Virus record (IMG/VR): IMGVR_UViG_3300027963_000040
Length of the DNA stretch: 64,000 bases
Source: a virus
Strand: one strand, 5' to 3'
The translations under genes were made by a program, and so were the position numbers. A model generated the notes under the pieces. The model did not search any database. It was not told the origin of the DNA and saw only the letters and a list, made by a program, of their open reading frames with translations. Every line of letters begins with the position of its first letter. Position 1 is the first letter of the stretch. This document shows positions 63,587-64,000 of the stretch, piece by piece.

Positions 63587-63710
63587 CGATATTCTCCTTC
63601 AGCTTCTTACGGTTGTAAACTTTCTTGCTCTCGACCACCCGTTTACGGAAGAGCGGAGAGCGGAGTGCCCTAGCGATAGGATTACGCTTGCGGACCTGGC
63701 GCATCTTCAT
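63573..63710 (-). CDS. 45-aa basic ArfA-like peptide (not in ORF track)
   Basis: MKMRQVRKRNPIARALRSPLFRKRVVESKKVYNRKK...; AGGAG RBS. Confidence 0.6.
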   Translation of the reverse strand: MKMRQVRKRNPIARALRSPLFRKRVVESKKVYNRKKLKENIDGKT

Positions 63711-63843
63711 AATCTCCTGTGTCTCCTGTTGTTCGAACCCAATCTTCATAGTCCATCATGAGCTCATAGATTTCTTCGTCCGAGGGCTCATAACCGGCAA
63801 CCAGCGTAGCATATTCGCGCTGGCTCAAAGTAATCGGGTTCAT
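63682..63843 (-). CDS. 53-aa acidic early protein (not in ORF track)
   Basis: AAGGAG RBS, promoter 63868-63897. Confidence 0.55.
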   Translation of the reverse strand: MNPITLSQREYATLVAGYEPSDEEIYELMMDYEDWVRTTGDTGDYEDAPGPQA

Positions 63844-64000
63844 CGTTTTCTCCTTCATCATAAAAGCATCATAGCCTGTTTTTGAAAATAAGTCAAGGGT
63901 TATTTTTCAAATAAACAGAAAAGCGCAGACGAAATCATTTCGAACGAACCCACCAGGTTCAATCAGGACAGCCTCAAAAAAGCCATCAGATGAACCCACC

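Overview
This is a 64 kb segment of a large T4-like myovirus genome, almost entirely coded on the minus strand. Markers are gp43 polymerase, gp41 helicase, gp61 primase, UvsX, T4-type RNase H, NrdA/B, ThyX, dCMP deaminase, PhoH and TATAAATA late promoters. An alphaproteobacterial host is inferred from a two-piece circularly permuted tmRNA, a DUF1127 micro-protein, a ROSE-like thermometer on Hsp20 and CTTGAC -35 promoters. Layout: early promoter-cassette regions of small hypothetical genes (about 1-8, 47-50, 57-58 and 61-64 kb); nucleotide metabolism and replication genes; a heptose/glycosyltransferase cluster (13.8-18.7 kb); late virion and internal-protein genes (28-38 kb); scattered lysis genes; and a tRNA/ncRNA island (51.4-61.2 kb) with about 26 tRNA genes. 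The most striking signal is a DUF2828 (TROVE/Ro60-like plus vWA) gene preceded, apparently under one early promoter, by a tandem array of four structured ncRNA units. The units share a TTTAG-stem-RTWCWGCA leader and have co-varying terminal helices, and one holds a circularly permuted tRNA-like (YrlA-type) domain. This is a candidate phage Ro/Y-RNA-like ribonucleoprotein system. The window also has an apparent ribosome-rescue kit (tmRNA, an ArfA-like peptide, a stand-alone GGQ domain), a tRNA-Lys(UUU) locked in a 19-bp helix without CCA, and several unnamed structured RNAs. All calls come from reading the sequence; no searches were run.
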